The translations under genes were made by a program, and so were the position numbers. This document shows positions 11,149 through 20,009 of a DNA stretch of 64,000 nt, in pieces (positions within the stretch are counted from its first letter, which is position 1; each line of letters starts with the position of its first letter). Source of the DNA: an uncultured Candidatus Saccharibacteria bacterium (GTDB lineage: Bacteria; Patescibacteriota; Minisyncoccia; Phycocordibacterales; JACOZG01); contig CAYNPK010000001.1 of NCBI GenBank assembly GCA_964399075.1, forward strand, positions 160,961 through 224,960, in the 5' to 3' direction. Under the pieces are notes generated by a model, which was not told where the DNA came from, did not search any database, and saw only the letters and a list, made by a program, of their open reading frames with translations.

Positions 11149-12669
11149 ATGAAGACAAACACAAAAACCAAAACTAAAACACCAACAAAGTTAAACCGCC
11201 CGCCGGTGGTTGTCATCATGGGACACATCGACCACGGCAAGTCGACTTTGCTTGATTACATTCGTCACACTAATCTAACGGCCAAAGAAGTCGGTGGCAT
11301 CACTCAAGCGGTCGGCGCTTATGAGGCTGGGGGTATCACCTTCATTGACACTCCGGGTCATGAGGCCTTCAGTCAAATGCGAGAATCTGGTGCCTGCTTA
11401 GCTGATATTACCATTTTAATTATTTCAGCCGAGGATGGCGTTAAGCCACAAACGCTTGAGGCCTTGAAAATAATTAAGGCGTTTAACTTACCCTACATTG
11501 TGGTGATTAATAAAATTGATAAACCTAACGCCAACGCGGAACGAGTACGCCAACAGCTGGCAGAACACGATGTCTTAGTCGAGGATTACGGTGGCAAAAT
11601 TCCGGTTCAGGAAGTCTCCGCCCAAACCGGCCAAGGTGTGCCAGAACTCTTGGAAATTCTGCTCCTCATGGCCGAGATGGAAGAACTCTCTGGCGACGCC
11701 AACAAATTAGGAACCGGTTTCGTTCTGGAATCCAGCATCGATAGCAAGATTGGCATTTCCGCAACTTTAATTATTAAAGACGGCAGACTGCGATCTGGTG
11801 ACTTCATTATTATCAACGGCGAGGTTTCTAAAATAAAAATCTTGCGCGACAGCGCTGGAAAAGCCACTAAAGAGTTAGGTCCGTCGCAACCGGCGCTAGT
11901 CACCGGCTTCAGCAATATTCCGCCAGCTGGAATAACTTTCATTGCCTTCTCCAACAAACAAGAGGCCGAAGAATTTGTCTCTAAGTTAAATCACAAAGAG
12001 GTTACGAACGAGTCATCTCCACCCAAACCAGAACCGGTTGCCGGAAAGATAGAGATACCGCTCATTATTAAAGCCGATGTCGCTGGCGCGATTGAAGCGC
12101 TCAAAAAAGAAATTAATAAACTCTCTAACGATGAGCTAACTTGGAAAATTTGCCAATCCGGGTTGGGGCCGATAAGCGAGAACGACGTTAAATTAGCCAG
12201 CGGATCCGAGCAAGCGATTATTCTTGGCTTCAACGTCAAGATTGATAAAACCGTTCAAGACTTAGCTGATCGTTCGGGAATAGTAATAAAAACTTTTGCT
12301 ATTATCTACAAACTATCCGAATGGTTAATCGAGGAAGCGACGCGTCAGACACCGAAGGTAGAAGTAGAACAAATGATCGGCCAGGCGAAAATTTTAAAAG
12401 TCTTTAGTGCCGGACGAGGCAAGTCTTCCGCCTCCAATAAACAAGTGATCGGTGGCTTGGTAACAGAAGGCAGTTTGGTTGTCGGCAAGAATTGCAAAAT
12501 TCTTAGACGGAAAGCCGAGATCGGTCGCGGCAAAATAGTGGAATTGCAACGCCAGAAATTAGCGACGAAAGAAGTGGCCAAAGACAGCCAATTCGGCGCC
12601 TTGGTAGAAACCAAAACAGCAATAGTCCCGGGCGATTATTTAGAGGTCTTTGATCTGGTTAATAAATAA
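11149..12669 (+). CDS. infB: translation initiation factor IF-2 (short form)
   Basis: GTPase G1 GHIDHGKST, DTPGHEAF, NKID; followed by rbfA as in the canonical operon. Confidence 0.9.
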   Translation: MKTNTKTKTKTPTKLNRPPVVVIMGHIDHGKSTLLDYIRHTNLTAKEVGGITQAVGAYEAGGITFIDTPGHEAFSQMRESGACLADITILIISAEDGVKPQTLEALKIIKAFNLPYIVVINKIDKPNANAERVRQQLAEHDVLVEDYGGKIPVQEVSAQTGQGVPELLEILLLMAEMEELSGDANKLGTGFVLESSIDSKIGISATLIIKDGRLRSGDFIIINGEVSKIKILRDSAGKATKELGPSQPALVTGFSNIPPAGITFIAFSNKQEAEEFVSKLNHKEVTNESSPPKPEPVAGKIEIPLIIKADVAGAIEALKKEINKLSNDELTWKICQSGLGPISENDVKLASGSEQAIILGFNVKIDKTVQDLADRSGIVIKTFAIIYKLSEWLIEEATRQTPKVEVEQMIGQAKILKVFSAGRGKSSASNKQVIGGLVTEGSLVVGKNCKILRRKAEIGRGKIVELQRQKLATKEVAKDSQFGALVETKTAIVPGDYLEVFDLVNK

Positions 12670-12689
12670 TAAATAAGTTATGCTCTAAT

Positions 12690-12977
12690 ATGGCGGTCCA
12701 AGTTCATGAAGAAAGATTGATAGCCCTGCTCCAGCGTCTAACGGCCGAGTTTCTTAATCGCGAGAGTGGCAAGCAATCTCTAATCACCGTTACCGACTTC
12801 AATCTCTCAACCGACCACCGTCGCGGGATGATTAAAATTTCCGTCTTGCCGGAGAGCATGGGCGAGAGCGCGCTCCTCTTCGCCAAGCGTCGACGACATA
12901 GTTTGAGAGATTATATCAAGAAGAACGCTCGCCTCGGCCGTATCCCCCATTTAGATTTCGAGTTGATTAAGGCCTAG
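12690..12977 (+). CDS. rbfA: ribosome-binding factor A
   Basis: 95 aa immediately after infB; RbfA-like VTDFNLSTDHRRGMIKISVL pattern. Confidence 0.7.
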   Translation: MAVQVHEERLIALLQRLTAEFLNRESGKQSLITVTDFNLSTDHRRGMIKISVLPESMGESALLFAKRRRHSLRDYIKKNARLGRIPHLDFELIKA

Positions 12978-13045
12978 TAGCCAAGTGGTAAGGCAAGGGT
13001 CTGCAAAACCCTTATACGGCGGTTCGATTCCGCCCTAGGCCTCCA
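12971..13045 (+). tRNA. tRNA-Cys (GCA)
   Basis: Cloverleaf GGCCTAG acceptor, anticodon loop CTGCAAA, TTCGATT T-loop, encoded CCA, U73 discriminator. Confidence 0.85.
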
Positions 13046-13862
13046 GAATTTTATCTTTAGTTTTAGGAAGACGGAACACGAACTCGCTATCCAGATGCCA
13101 CGCGTCGACGGGTTCATCCCAAGAGTTGCCCAGCCACAAACCGACGCCGCTGCGTGCCAGCTCGAAGACGATCGGGCGGCCACCGGAGTCGGTGATTTGC
13201 TTCATGCCCACATTAATCCATTCACCTAAAGGTTGGTTTCGATACTTCAAACGATAATTGGGACCGGTATCGGTCGGACAGAGTTCTAAACCGAGTATTT
13301 GAGCACTCTCATAAATTTCATCGGTCATGGCATTGTATAATCCAAGATCAGCGACAGTCAAACGAATAAGCGTAACTTCCTCCGGATTTTTGCCCGGCAC
13401 GAATTCCCTGTTCTTGAGCATCGATTTGGCGTAGTCGGTAATTTTTATGCCGGCCGTTTCCATTTCAGTTATGAGTTGCTCGGCAGTTTTTCCACCGATC
13501 TCAACCTTTTCTCGGTGAATTTTTCTATCAGGAAATGAGATGTAGATATGTTCGAGATTCTCCGGCAGTTTCTGGAAGATGCCCGGTTCGAGCTGGCCAA
13601 CATAGGCTTTGGTGTTTTCATTGATTTCGCTCGACATATGAGCAATTTCTTCTCTCGTACATTCAAAGATGACAAGCATGTCTTCTTCGATATTTCTCCC
13701 TTGACGAAGTTCGGCGATGCGAGGATCAGAACATTTATCATGATCATCAGGATATCCAAAACCTTCTATTTGTCCGTCTATTTCATACAAAAATACGAGA
13801 TCCTCTCTAGTAAATTCTTCTCCTTGTTCATGTTTTTTATCAAGAGCAGTAAGTTTCTTCAT
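13035..13862 (-). CDS. hypothetical protein (275 aa)
   Basis: Intact ORF; its last codons overlap the 3' end of tRNA-Cys on the opposite strand. Confidence 0.45.
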   Translation of the reverse strand: MKKLTALDKKHEQGEEFTREDLVFLYEIDGQIEGFGYPDDHDKCSDPRIAELRQGRNIEEDMLVIFECTREEIAHMSSEINENTKAYVGQLEPGIFQKLPENLEHIYISFPDRKIHREKVEIGGKTAEQLITEMETAGIKITDYAKSMLKNREFVPGKNPEEVTLIRLTVADLGLYNAMTDEIYESAQILGLELCPTDTGPNYRLKYRNQPLGEWINVGMKQITDSGGRPIVFELARSGVGLWLGNSWDEPVDAWHLDSEFVFRLPKTKDKILEA

Positions 13863-13921
13863 ATCCTCGCTTTTCTTTTTGTACTGCTCACCTTTTTCTC
13901 CAAAATCCTTAAGTTTTTCCT

Positions 13922-14947
13922 CTAATACAGGGGTGATGTATGGATCAAGATTTTGGTCTGGAGCAATACCCCTTGGTCTTCAGCTATTTCATCATCTTGC
14001 ATTCTGATTGCCAGTCGAGGAATAACTGCGTTGCCGTCCTGATCAAGTGAATAATAAACATAAAAATCACCACCTTCTAAATGAGATCTTGCCGTATCAG
14101 GATTGGCAGTACACCATTCCAAAGGATATCCATCCAGAGATTTAACGAGCCGCTCTGGATCAGAATTCTTTTCATACTTAACCCACTCTCCCCTGATCTC
14201 TTTTAGACCCTCTGTGGAATACTCCGGCAACTCAATAAGAAATTGAGCGTATATTTTTGAGAAATTTTCTGATGAAATTAATTTTTTAAATTCAGCGTCA
14301 TCTAATTTGGTGCTTGTGTTTTCTATCTTAATACCATCTCGCCTGAGTTGCTCGGATAAAGCGCTGACGGTCATCGCTAATGCTCTAGCATTAAGTGGTG
14401 GAAATGACGCGACTGTTTCTTTATTTCGTTTTTTAAATATTGCTTTTTCTTTTCCAGACTCATCAACACCCTTCTTTAATCCACCCATTTTAGTGATTGA
14501 AGTAAAGACAAGATATTTAGACCAGGTAGGATAAGTTGCATCATCGCTAGTTAGATACCGCATCCATCTGTCTAATGAGTGTTTTTGATCATTGACTATT
14601 TGTTGTATCTTTTTGTCTTTAAATCCATCGGTTATTTCCACATCTCCGTATCCCATTTCCCTTGCAATTTTTTGCTCTAATAAAAACGCTTGCTCTGGAA
14701 CATCTTCTGGTTTAATAATGAGCGCGTCATAGATCTTGTCTCGAAACATTTCCAGATTGCGTTCGCGTTTTTGTTTGTCAGGATTGAGGAAGATATTCTC
14801 GAGTCTATCCATGTAAGCCTCGATACGCTCGACTGGGTCATTGGGAACCTTCTCATCAGTCCGACGCTCTTCACGTTCCACGGCCCGATTAACCTCTGGC
14901 GAGGTTTGGAGTTCGGGATTTTTAAGATGAAGTGGGTGCTTTTCCAT
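13922..14947 (-). CDS. hypothetical protein (341 aa)
   Basis: Intact ORF, 59 nt upstream of the previous hypothetical gene in a different frame. Confidence 0.45.
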   Translation of the reverse strand: MEKHPLHLKNPELQTSPEVNRAVEREERRTDEKVPNDPVERIEAYMDRLENIFLNPDKQKRERNLEMFRDKIYDALIIKPEDVPEQAFLLEQKIAREMGYGDVEITDGFKDKKIQQIVNDQKHSLDRWMRYLTSDDATYPTWSKYLVFTSITKMGGLKKGVDESGKEKAIFKKRNKETVASFPPLNARALAMTVSALSEQLRRDGIKIENTSTKLDDAEFKKLISSENFSKIYAQFLIELPEYSTEGLKEIRGEWVKYEKNSDPERLVKSLDGYPLEWCTANPDTARSHLEGGDFYVYYSLDQDGNAVIPRLAIRMQDDEIAEDQGVLLQTKILIHTSPLY

Positions 14948-15011
14948 ATCTAGTAATTTTATAATTTTACCAGCTTTTTGCCTAATTTAGAATTTAGAAT
15001 TAAGTCCACTC

Positions 15012-16814
15012 TTAACCTTTACGCCGGGCGCGAGAGCGGTCGATGTCGGTTAGATGTTGTTTGCGAAGACGAACTGATTTTGGAGTAATCTCTAGATACT
15101 CATCGTCAGACATCACCTCTAAGCCCAATTCAATACTAAGGAGTTTGGGCGGAACTAGCTTAATCGCTTCGTCGGCGCTCTTACTCCGCATATTAGTTAA
15201 TTGTTTTCCTCGAGTTGGGTTAACTGTCATTTCATCACCCTTGCTGGTGTTACCAATCACCTGACCCTCATAAACTTCTGTGTTGGGATGGATGTAGAGA
15301 ACGCCACGAGTTTGCAAATTATCCAGAGCGAAGGCTAAAGTTTTCCCCGTGACTTGCGAGATCATACTCCCCACCTCGCGATGCTCTATCTCGCCAACGT
15401 GAGGTCGGAAACCTAGAACTCTGGTGGCTAAAATTCCCTCTCCCTTGGTATCAACCACAAACTGATTCCGATAGCCGAAGAGACCACGAGTTGGTCCCTC
15501 CAACACCAAACGAACTCTGTCGTTAGCAGAATCCAAAGAAACCAGATGGACGCCTCGCAAGCCTAGCGTCTCAATGACCACTCCTTGATAAACGCTTGGC
15601 ACATCAACAGTGACTTCCTCAAATGGCTCTAGTCTAATCCCCTCTTCCTCTTTTTCAATCACTTTCGGTTGAGAGACTTGCACTTCGTAGCCTTCGCGAC
15701 GCATTTGCTCAAGCAAGATCGCCACATGGAGTTCGCCTCGGCCACGGACTTTGAAGCGCTCACCACCACCTTGATCAAATTCCACTCGTAAACCCACATT
15801 AACTTCTAGCTCTTTTTCTAAACGCTCGCGAATTTGTCTACTAGTAACAAACTTCCCCTCTCGTCCGGCAAAAGGCGAATTATTAACTAAAAAAAATAAC
15901 TCGATCGTCGGCTCGTCAACAGCAATTTCTGGCAAGCGCTCGACGGTATCAGTCAGAGCCAGAGTGTCACCGATATAAATATCAGGAATACCGGCCACAA
16001 TCGCAATGTCGCCAGAATGAATCTCGTCAACATCCTCACGAGCCAGGCCATTAAACAAAAATAATTTAGTCACTCGACCCTTAGCGATACCATGGGTGCC
16101 GTGAGCATAGACCACATCGCCAAGACGAAGCACGCCAGCATAGACGCGCACGATACCAAGTCGGCCGAGATAGTTATCATAAGCGAGATTGAAGGGTTGA
16201 GCGCGAAAAGTTTGCTGATCGTAACCAGAAGCAATCGAGACTCGCTCTAAAATTAAATCGAGAAGGGGTGAGAGATCGGTAGATAAATCATCAAGCGAGC
16301 GCTTAGCGATACCGTCTCGTCCGATAGTCAACATGGTTGGAAAATCAAGCTGTTCATTACTAGCTCCAAGACTGACAAATAGATCGAAAACTTGATCATG
16401 AACCCGGTCAATATTGGCGGCGGGTTTATCGATTTTATTAATCACCACAATCGGCCGATGTCCCAATTCTAAAGACTTCTTAAGCACGAAGCGCGTTTGA
16501 GGCATTGGTCCCTCCTGTGCGTCTACCACCAAGAGAACACAATCAATAGAGCGGAGAACGCGCTCGACCTCGCTACCGAAGTCGGCGTGACCAGGCGTAT
16601 CAACAATGTTAATTTTAGTATTTTTGTACACACAAGAAGCATTTTTGGCATAAATAGTGATACCTCGCTCTTGCTCAAGTGAATTAGAATCCATCGATAC
16701 GCCCTCAACAATAGCGCCGGTTTGGCGTAAGAGAGCATCAGTGAGCGTGGTTTTGCCATGATCAACGTGAGCGATAATTGCGATATTTCTAATCTCCATA
16801 TAAAAAGCCCCCAT
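15012..16814 (-). CDS. typA: ribosome-associated GTPase TypA/BipA
   Basis: EF-G-like GTPase AHVDHGKTTL, DTPGHADF, NKIDK; ~600 aa and distinct from lepA elsewhere in the window; real start probably MEIRN at ~16799. Confidence 0.9.
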   Translation of the reverse strand: MGAFYMEIRNIAIIAHVDHGKTTLTDALLRQTGAIVEGVSMDSNSLEQERGITIYAKNASCVYKNTKINIVDTPGHADFGSEVERVLRSIDCVLLVVDAQEGPMPQTRFVLKKSLELGHRPIVVINKIDKPAANIDRVHDQVFDLFVSLGASNEQLDFPTMLTIGRDGIAKRSLDDLSTDLSPLLDLILERVSIASGYDQQTFRAQPFNLAYDNYLGRLGIVRVYAGVLRLGDVVYAHGTHGIAKGRVTKLFLFNGLAREDVDEIHSGDIAIVAGIPDIYIGDTLALTDTVERLPEIAVDEPTIELFFLVNNSPFAGREGKFVTSRQIRERLEKELEVNVGLRVEFDQGGGERFKVRGRGELHVAILLEQMRREGYEVQVSQPKVIEKEEEGIRLEPFEEVTVDVPSVYQGVVIETLGLRGVHLVSLDSANDRVRLVLEGPTRGLFGYRNQFVVDTKGEGILATRVLGFRPHVGEIEHREVGSMISQVTGKTLAFALDNLQTRGVLYIHPNTEVYEGQVIGNTSKGDEMTVNPTRGKQLTNMRSKSADEAIKLVPPKLLSIELGLEVMSDDEYLEITPKSVRLRKQHLTDIDRSRARRKG

Positions 16815-16866
16815 GAGGGCTTATACAGCGTGCCATAGTTTGAGTAAAAAGTCCATATAGAAAATA

Positions 16867-16895
16867 ATTGGCATTTAAGACATCTTTAATTATAA
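16867..16895 (+). promoter_or_regulatory. sigma70-like promoter TTGGCA-N17-TATAAT upstream of tRNA-Leu(TAA) and the FemX-like gene
   Basis: Both hexamers read directly; the -10 lies ~16 nt before the tRNA 5' end. Confidence 0.5.
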
Positions 16896-16910
16896 TGAAA
16901 TCTTGAAGTA

Positions 16911-16995
16911 AGCCCGGGTGGCGGAACTGGTATACGCGCACGACTTAAAATCGTGTCCCTCACGGGATGTGGGTTCGATTCCCACCCCGGGCACA
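16911..16995 (+). tRNA. tRNA-Leu (TAA), long variable arm
   Basis: GCCCGGG acceptor, anticodon loop CTTAAAA, 13-nt variable arm, GGTTCGATTCC T-arm. Confidence 0.85.
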
Positions 16996-17010
16996 AAATC
17001 CAACCACACA

Positions 17011-18051
17011 ATGAAGCAATTCAAGTTCAGAGAAATCGGAGAAGATGAAAATTTTGACCTGAACAATTTTTGTAATAATGTTCCGTTCACGCAAGCGAAT
17101 TTTTATGGTAATTGGCAAAAGAGTCTAGGTAGAAGCGTAAGAAGATTCTTGATAGATAACAACAATAAAACAGTCGCCTATTTCCAATTGATTAAATATC
17201 CGCTTCTACTTAACAAAAGCTACCTGTACATCCCTTATGGCCCGGTAATAAAAAACTTTAAAGAATTGCCAAAAGATTTTTTTGCTAACCTCAAACAGGA
17301 ATTAAAACGAATTGCCAAAGCAGAGAACGCGGTTTTTGTTCGGCTTGATTTTACTCCATCGGTTCCAAACGACACTCTCGCAAAATTTTTTACCAAAGCT
17401 CCGCTCTATACTTACCACTCGGCATATTTCCAACCCCGCGCCGAGTGGTTTCTTGGTTTAGGAAAACCGAAAGAAGAACTATTGATGGATATGCATACGG
17501 ATAATCGCTACTCAATTCGTCTGTCAGAAAAAAAACAAATAACAACAGAAATAATCACCAAAGACTTTGAAAAATATTTTGATGTTTTTTACGAACTAAT
17601 GACAGAAACGGCGAAAAGAAATGGTTTTAGTCTTCATTCAAGAAATTATTATGAGCATATCTTTACTGATTTATCAAAAATAAGTGGCGCTCATTTAGTT
17701 ATTGCAAAATATGGCCAAAAAATTTTGGTTATCAAAATCATAATCGTCTTCGGAATTGTTTCGAATGATGTTTTCACTGGCTCGAGCAGTGAAGAGAGAA
17801 ACCGTCGACCTACTTATCTGACAATCTGGAGGGCTATATCTCACGCTAAGGAGTTAGGGTGCCAATTCTATAATTTCGGTGGGATATCCACTGAAAACAA
17901 AATTTACAAGGGCTGGGACGGCCTGACAGCCTTCAAGAAAAAATTTGGTGGCGAGGAAATAAAACATTCCGATTTTTTTGATCTAGTCACAAGTCCGTTT
18001 TGGTATTGGGTTTATAACTTCAGAAAACGCCTTAAGAAAATTAATTTATAA
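17011..18051 (+). CDS. FemAB-family peptidoglycan bridge-forming aminoacyl-tRNA transferase (FemX-like)
   Basis: YLYIPYGPV, FVRLDFTPSV and C-terminal YNFGGISTEN blocks parallel Weissella FemX; the track ORF start 16918 lies inside the tRNA, so the real start is taken as MKQFKF. Confidence 0.65.
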   Translation: MKQFKFREIGEDENFDLNNFCNNVPFTQANFYGNWQKSLGRSVRRFLIDNNNKTVAYFQLIKYPLLLNKSYLYIPYGPVIKNFKELPKDFFANLKQELKRIAKAENAVFVRLDFTPSVPNDTLAKFFTKAPLYTYHSAYFQPRAEWFLGLGKPKEELLMDMHTDNRYSIRLSEKKQITTEIITKDFEKYFDVFYELMTETAKRNGFSLHSRNYYEHIFTDLSKISGAHLVIAKYGQKILVIKIIIVFGIVSNDVFTGSSSEERNRRPTYLTIWRAISHAKELGCQFYNFGGISTENKIYKGWDGLTAFKKKFGGEEIKHSDFFDLVTSPFWYWVYNFRKRLKKINL

Positions 18052-18053
18052 AA

Positions 18054-19247
18054 TTAGCCGAACATTAACCACTCGGGTTTAAAGATAAGCAACAAGCCGA
18101 TAATGAGCATGAGAATTCCTCCGATCAAGTGTGACCACCGGCTGTATTTAGCGCTGATCCCGGTCATCTGCAAAGTAGTCATGGCCACGAAGAAGATAAA
18201 CAAATCGTCGAGCATGAAGACGAATATGTAGAGCAAGATGTAGAGATAATATTGCCACTTCGCCAAATCACTCAAAGCCAAGACTTGGGTATAAACCGCC
18301 GGTAATCCGGCCGAACAGAGAAGCTCAACCAAATTAACCGCGAAAGCAAGCAAAATGATAGCTCCCAAAGCTAAGAAAAAACTTCTTTGTTGAGTGATGT
18401 CTTTTAATTTTTCGAACACTCTCTGCTTCTTCTCCGAACCAGTCACCTTGCAGGTAGCAGTATGATTAGTAAAATATTCCTTCAAGTTGTAAACGCCACC
18501 AACTAAAGTCACCAGGCCGATAATAATTCTGACCCAAATTACTACGCCAATAAACAAGATTAAATTAAGCCAAGCGGCCATAAAGACAAAATAAACCGAG
18601 GCCGAGGCAACAATAAAGGCGGTGCCCAAGATCCACATCTTCCGCTTATCCTTCATTCCCAGCAGAAGAGAGATCAGAAACAATAGAACCCACATAGCAC
18701 AGGGGTTGAAGCCGTCCAATCCCCCCATGACTATCGTGAGTATCGGCAGAGAAAAATTAAGCGCGTCTATCTCTCCAAGAAAAGGCAGGTCGATTATTTT
18801 TGTATCACTTATCGTCTCTTCTTGCGGATTATTGTCTTGACTAAAGACTTCTACACACTGATTAGTGAGACAATACTCCACCGCCTCTTCTATTTCTCTC
18901 CCAGTTGTCGCGTCGTTATAATAACCAATAAAATATTTTTCCCCCACTACCGTAAAGGGCACTCCTGATACACTAGCGTTTAATTTCTTGGCAACTTCCA
19001 CCATTAAGTCCCTATTGCCAGCGTCACGCCAAATTTCATAATCATAAACTTTAACTTCCGGATATTTCTGCTCCAGTTTCTCCAAAAACGGTTTTTCCCT
19101 AGCGCAATGCGGACAACCATCGCCCCAGAAAAAATAAACGTTCACATCACCAATATCTTGAGCCAGAATATTTTGCGCCGGAACAATTAACAACAGAAAA
19201 ATAAATAGAGAAAATAAGATTTTCTTAAGCATGTTTTTTTTCTCCAT
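18054..19247 (-). CDS. thioredoxin-domain / CcdA(DsbD)-like transmembrane thiol:disulfide interchange fusion protein
   Basis: Signal/TM segment, WGDGCPHC thioredoxin motif, then polytopic domain with conserved TM cysteines (GFNPCAMW ... LCSAGLP). Confidence 0.7.
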   Translation of the reverse strand: MEKKNMLKKILFSLFIFLLLIVPAQNILAQDIGDVNVYFFWGDGCPHCAREKPFLEKLEQKYPEVKVYDYEIWRDAGNRDLMVEVAKKLNASVSGVPFTVVGEKYFIGYYNDATTGREIEEAVEYCLTNQCVEVFSQDNNPQEETISDTKIIDLPFLGEIDALNFSLPILTIVMGGLDGFNPCAMWVLLFLISLLLGMKDKRKMWILGTAFIVASASVYFVFMAAWLNLILFIGVVIWVRIIIGLVTLVGGVYNLKEYFTNHTATCKVTGSEKKQRVFEKLKDITQQRSFFLALGAIILLAFAVNLVELLCSAGLPAVYTQVLALSDLAKWQYYLYILLYIFVFMLDDLFIFFVAMTTLQMTGISAKYSRWSHLIGGILMLIIGLLLIFKPEWLMFG

Positions 19248-19268
19248 TTTAATTTAAAATTTAAAGAA

Positions 19269-19553
19269 TTAATTAATAATTTTAATTGCCTTACCATTAA
19301 TTAAGGCGTCAGCAATCTTTTTGTAGGCAGAATACAAAATCCTTTGATAAGTACTCTGAGAAGTATCCATCTTGTCAGCCGCTTCTCGTTGTTCTAGATC
19401 GTTAATGTGACGCCAACGATAAGCTTCTATCTCTTCGGCAGTAAGTTCCACAATCTCAAGATACCTCATTGGCACACCTTGAGGCTTGAAATAAGTTATG
19501 TGTGGATTAAATTCTATTTTTCGGCAAAGTCTTGGTCTGGGCATAATTTTCAT
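19269..19553 (-). CDS. DUF134/UPF0251-family predicted DNA-binding protein
   Basis: 94 aa; MPRPRLCRKIEF...YFKP N-terminus and sigma-70 region-4-like HTH (DLEQREAADKMDTSQSTYQRIL). Confidence 0.6.
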   Translation of the reverse strand: MKIMPRPRLCRKIEFNPHITYFKPQGVPMRYLEIVELTAEEIEAYRWRHINDLEQREAADKMDTSQSTYQRILYSAYKKIADALINGKAIKIIN

Positions 19554-19628
19554 TTTAATAATAAATTACTTCAGAAGAGAAGGCAAACCGACCTCTTTAC
19601 GAAAAGAGGTCGGTTTCCGGGTTTTATT

Positions 19629-19871
19629 TTACTTTTGCTGGTTCTGTAAAGCCGATTTTTCTTCTTTGATCGCCGCTAATTCTTCTTCGAGCATTTTCTC
19701 TTCGTTCTCTAAAGCGGATAGCTCGTTTTTTGGAGAGATAAATCTCCTGCGACTGAAATCATATCCACCACAGCAACCTCGTCCAGTTCCTGCACCAGCA
19801 CCGCAAGGACCCATTCCTCGTCCAGTTCCTGCACCTTGACCCATAGGGCCAGTTCCATCTAATTTTGGCAT
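19629..19871 (-). CDS. DUF5320-like small protein (Gly-rich, Cys-containing N-terminus and coiled-coil C-terminus)
   Basis: MPKLDGTGPMGQGAGTGRGMGPCGAGAGTGRGCCGG followed by a leucine-zipper-like ENEEKMLEEELAAIKEEK; sits directly upstream of the DUF134 gene. Confidence 0.5.
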   Translation of the reverse strand: MPKLDGTGPMGQGAGTGRGMGPCGAGAGTGRGCCGGYDFSRRRFISPKNELSALENEEKMLEEELAAIKEEKSALQNQQK

Positions 19872-19932
19872 ATTTTTAATATTTTTTATTAGTTTAAATA
19901 GATAGCTCGACCTTTATTTACTATCTATTATG

Positions 19933-19961
19933 AGTATATACCCATAACATTTTACTGTCAA
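19933..19961 (-). promoter_or_regulatory. sigma70 promoter TTGACA-N17-TATACT for the DUF5320/DUF134 transcript
   Basis: Reverse complement of 19933-19961 reads cTTGACAgtaaaatgttatgggtaTATACTcat, ~60 nt upstream of the start codon. Confidence 0.55.
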
Positions 19962-19977
19962 GGAGTTAAGCATTCTT

Positions 19978-20009
19978 AAAAAATACCCCCCGGACTGGTT
20001 TCCGGGGGG
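19978..20009 (-). terminator. rho-independent terminator (CCCCCCGG-loop-CCGGGGGG plus U-tract on the minus strand)
   Basis: Perfect 8-bp GC stem followed on the minus strand by UAUUUUUU. Confidence 0.6.

Noticed and set aside
12974-13183. 69-aa minus-strand ORF
   Set aside because: Overlaps tRNA-Cys and the 3' end of a longer, better-supported ORF.
16918-17010. N-terminal extension of the FemX-like ORF (and similarly 46566-46652 for tsaD, 56799+ for the small gene near tRNA-Gly)
   Set aside because: The extensions are translations of tRNA genes; real starts placed at the first Met after the tRNA.
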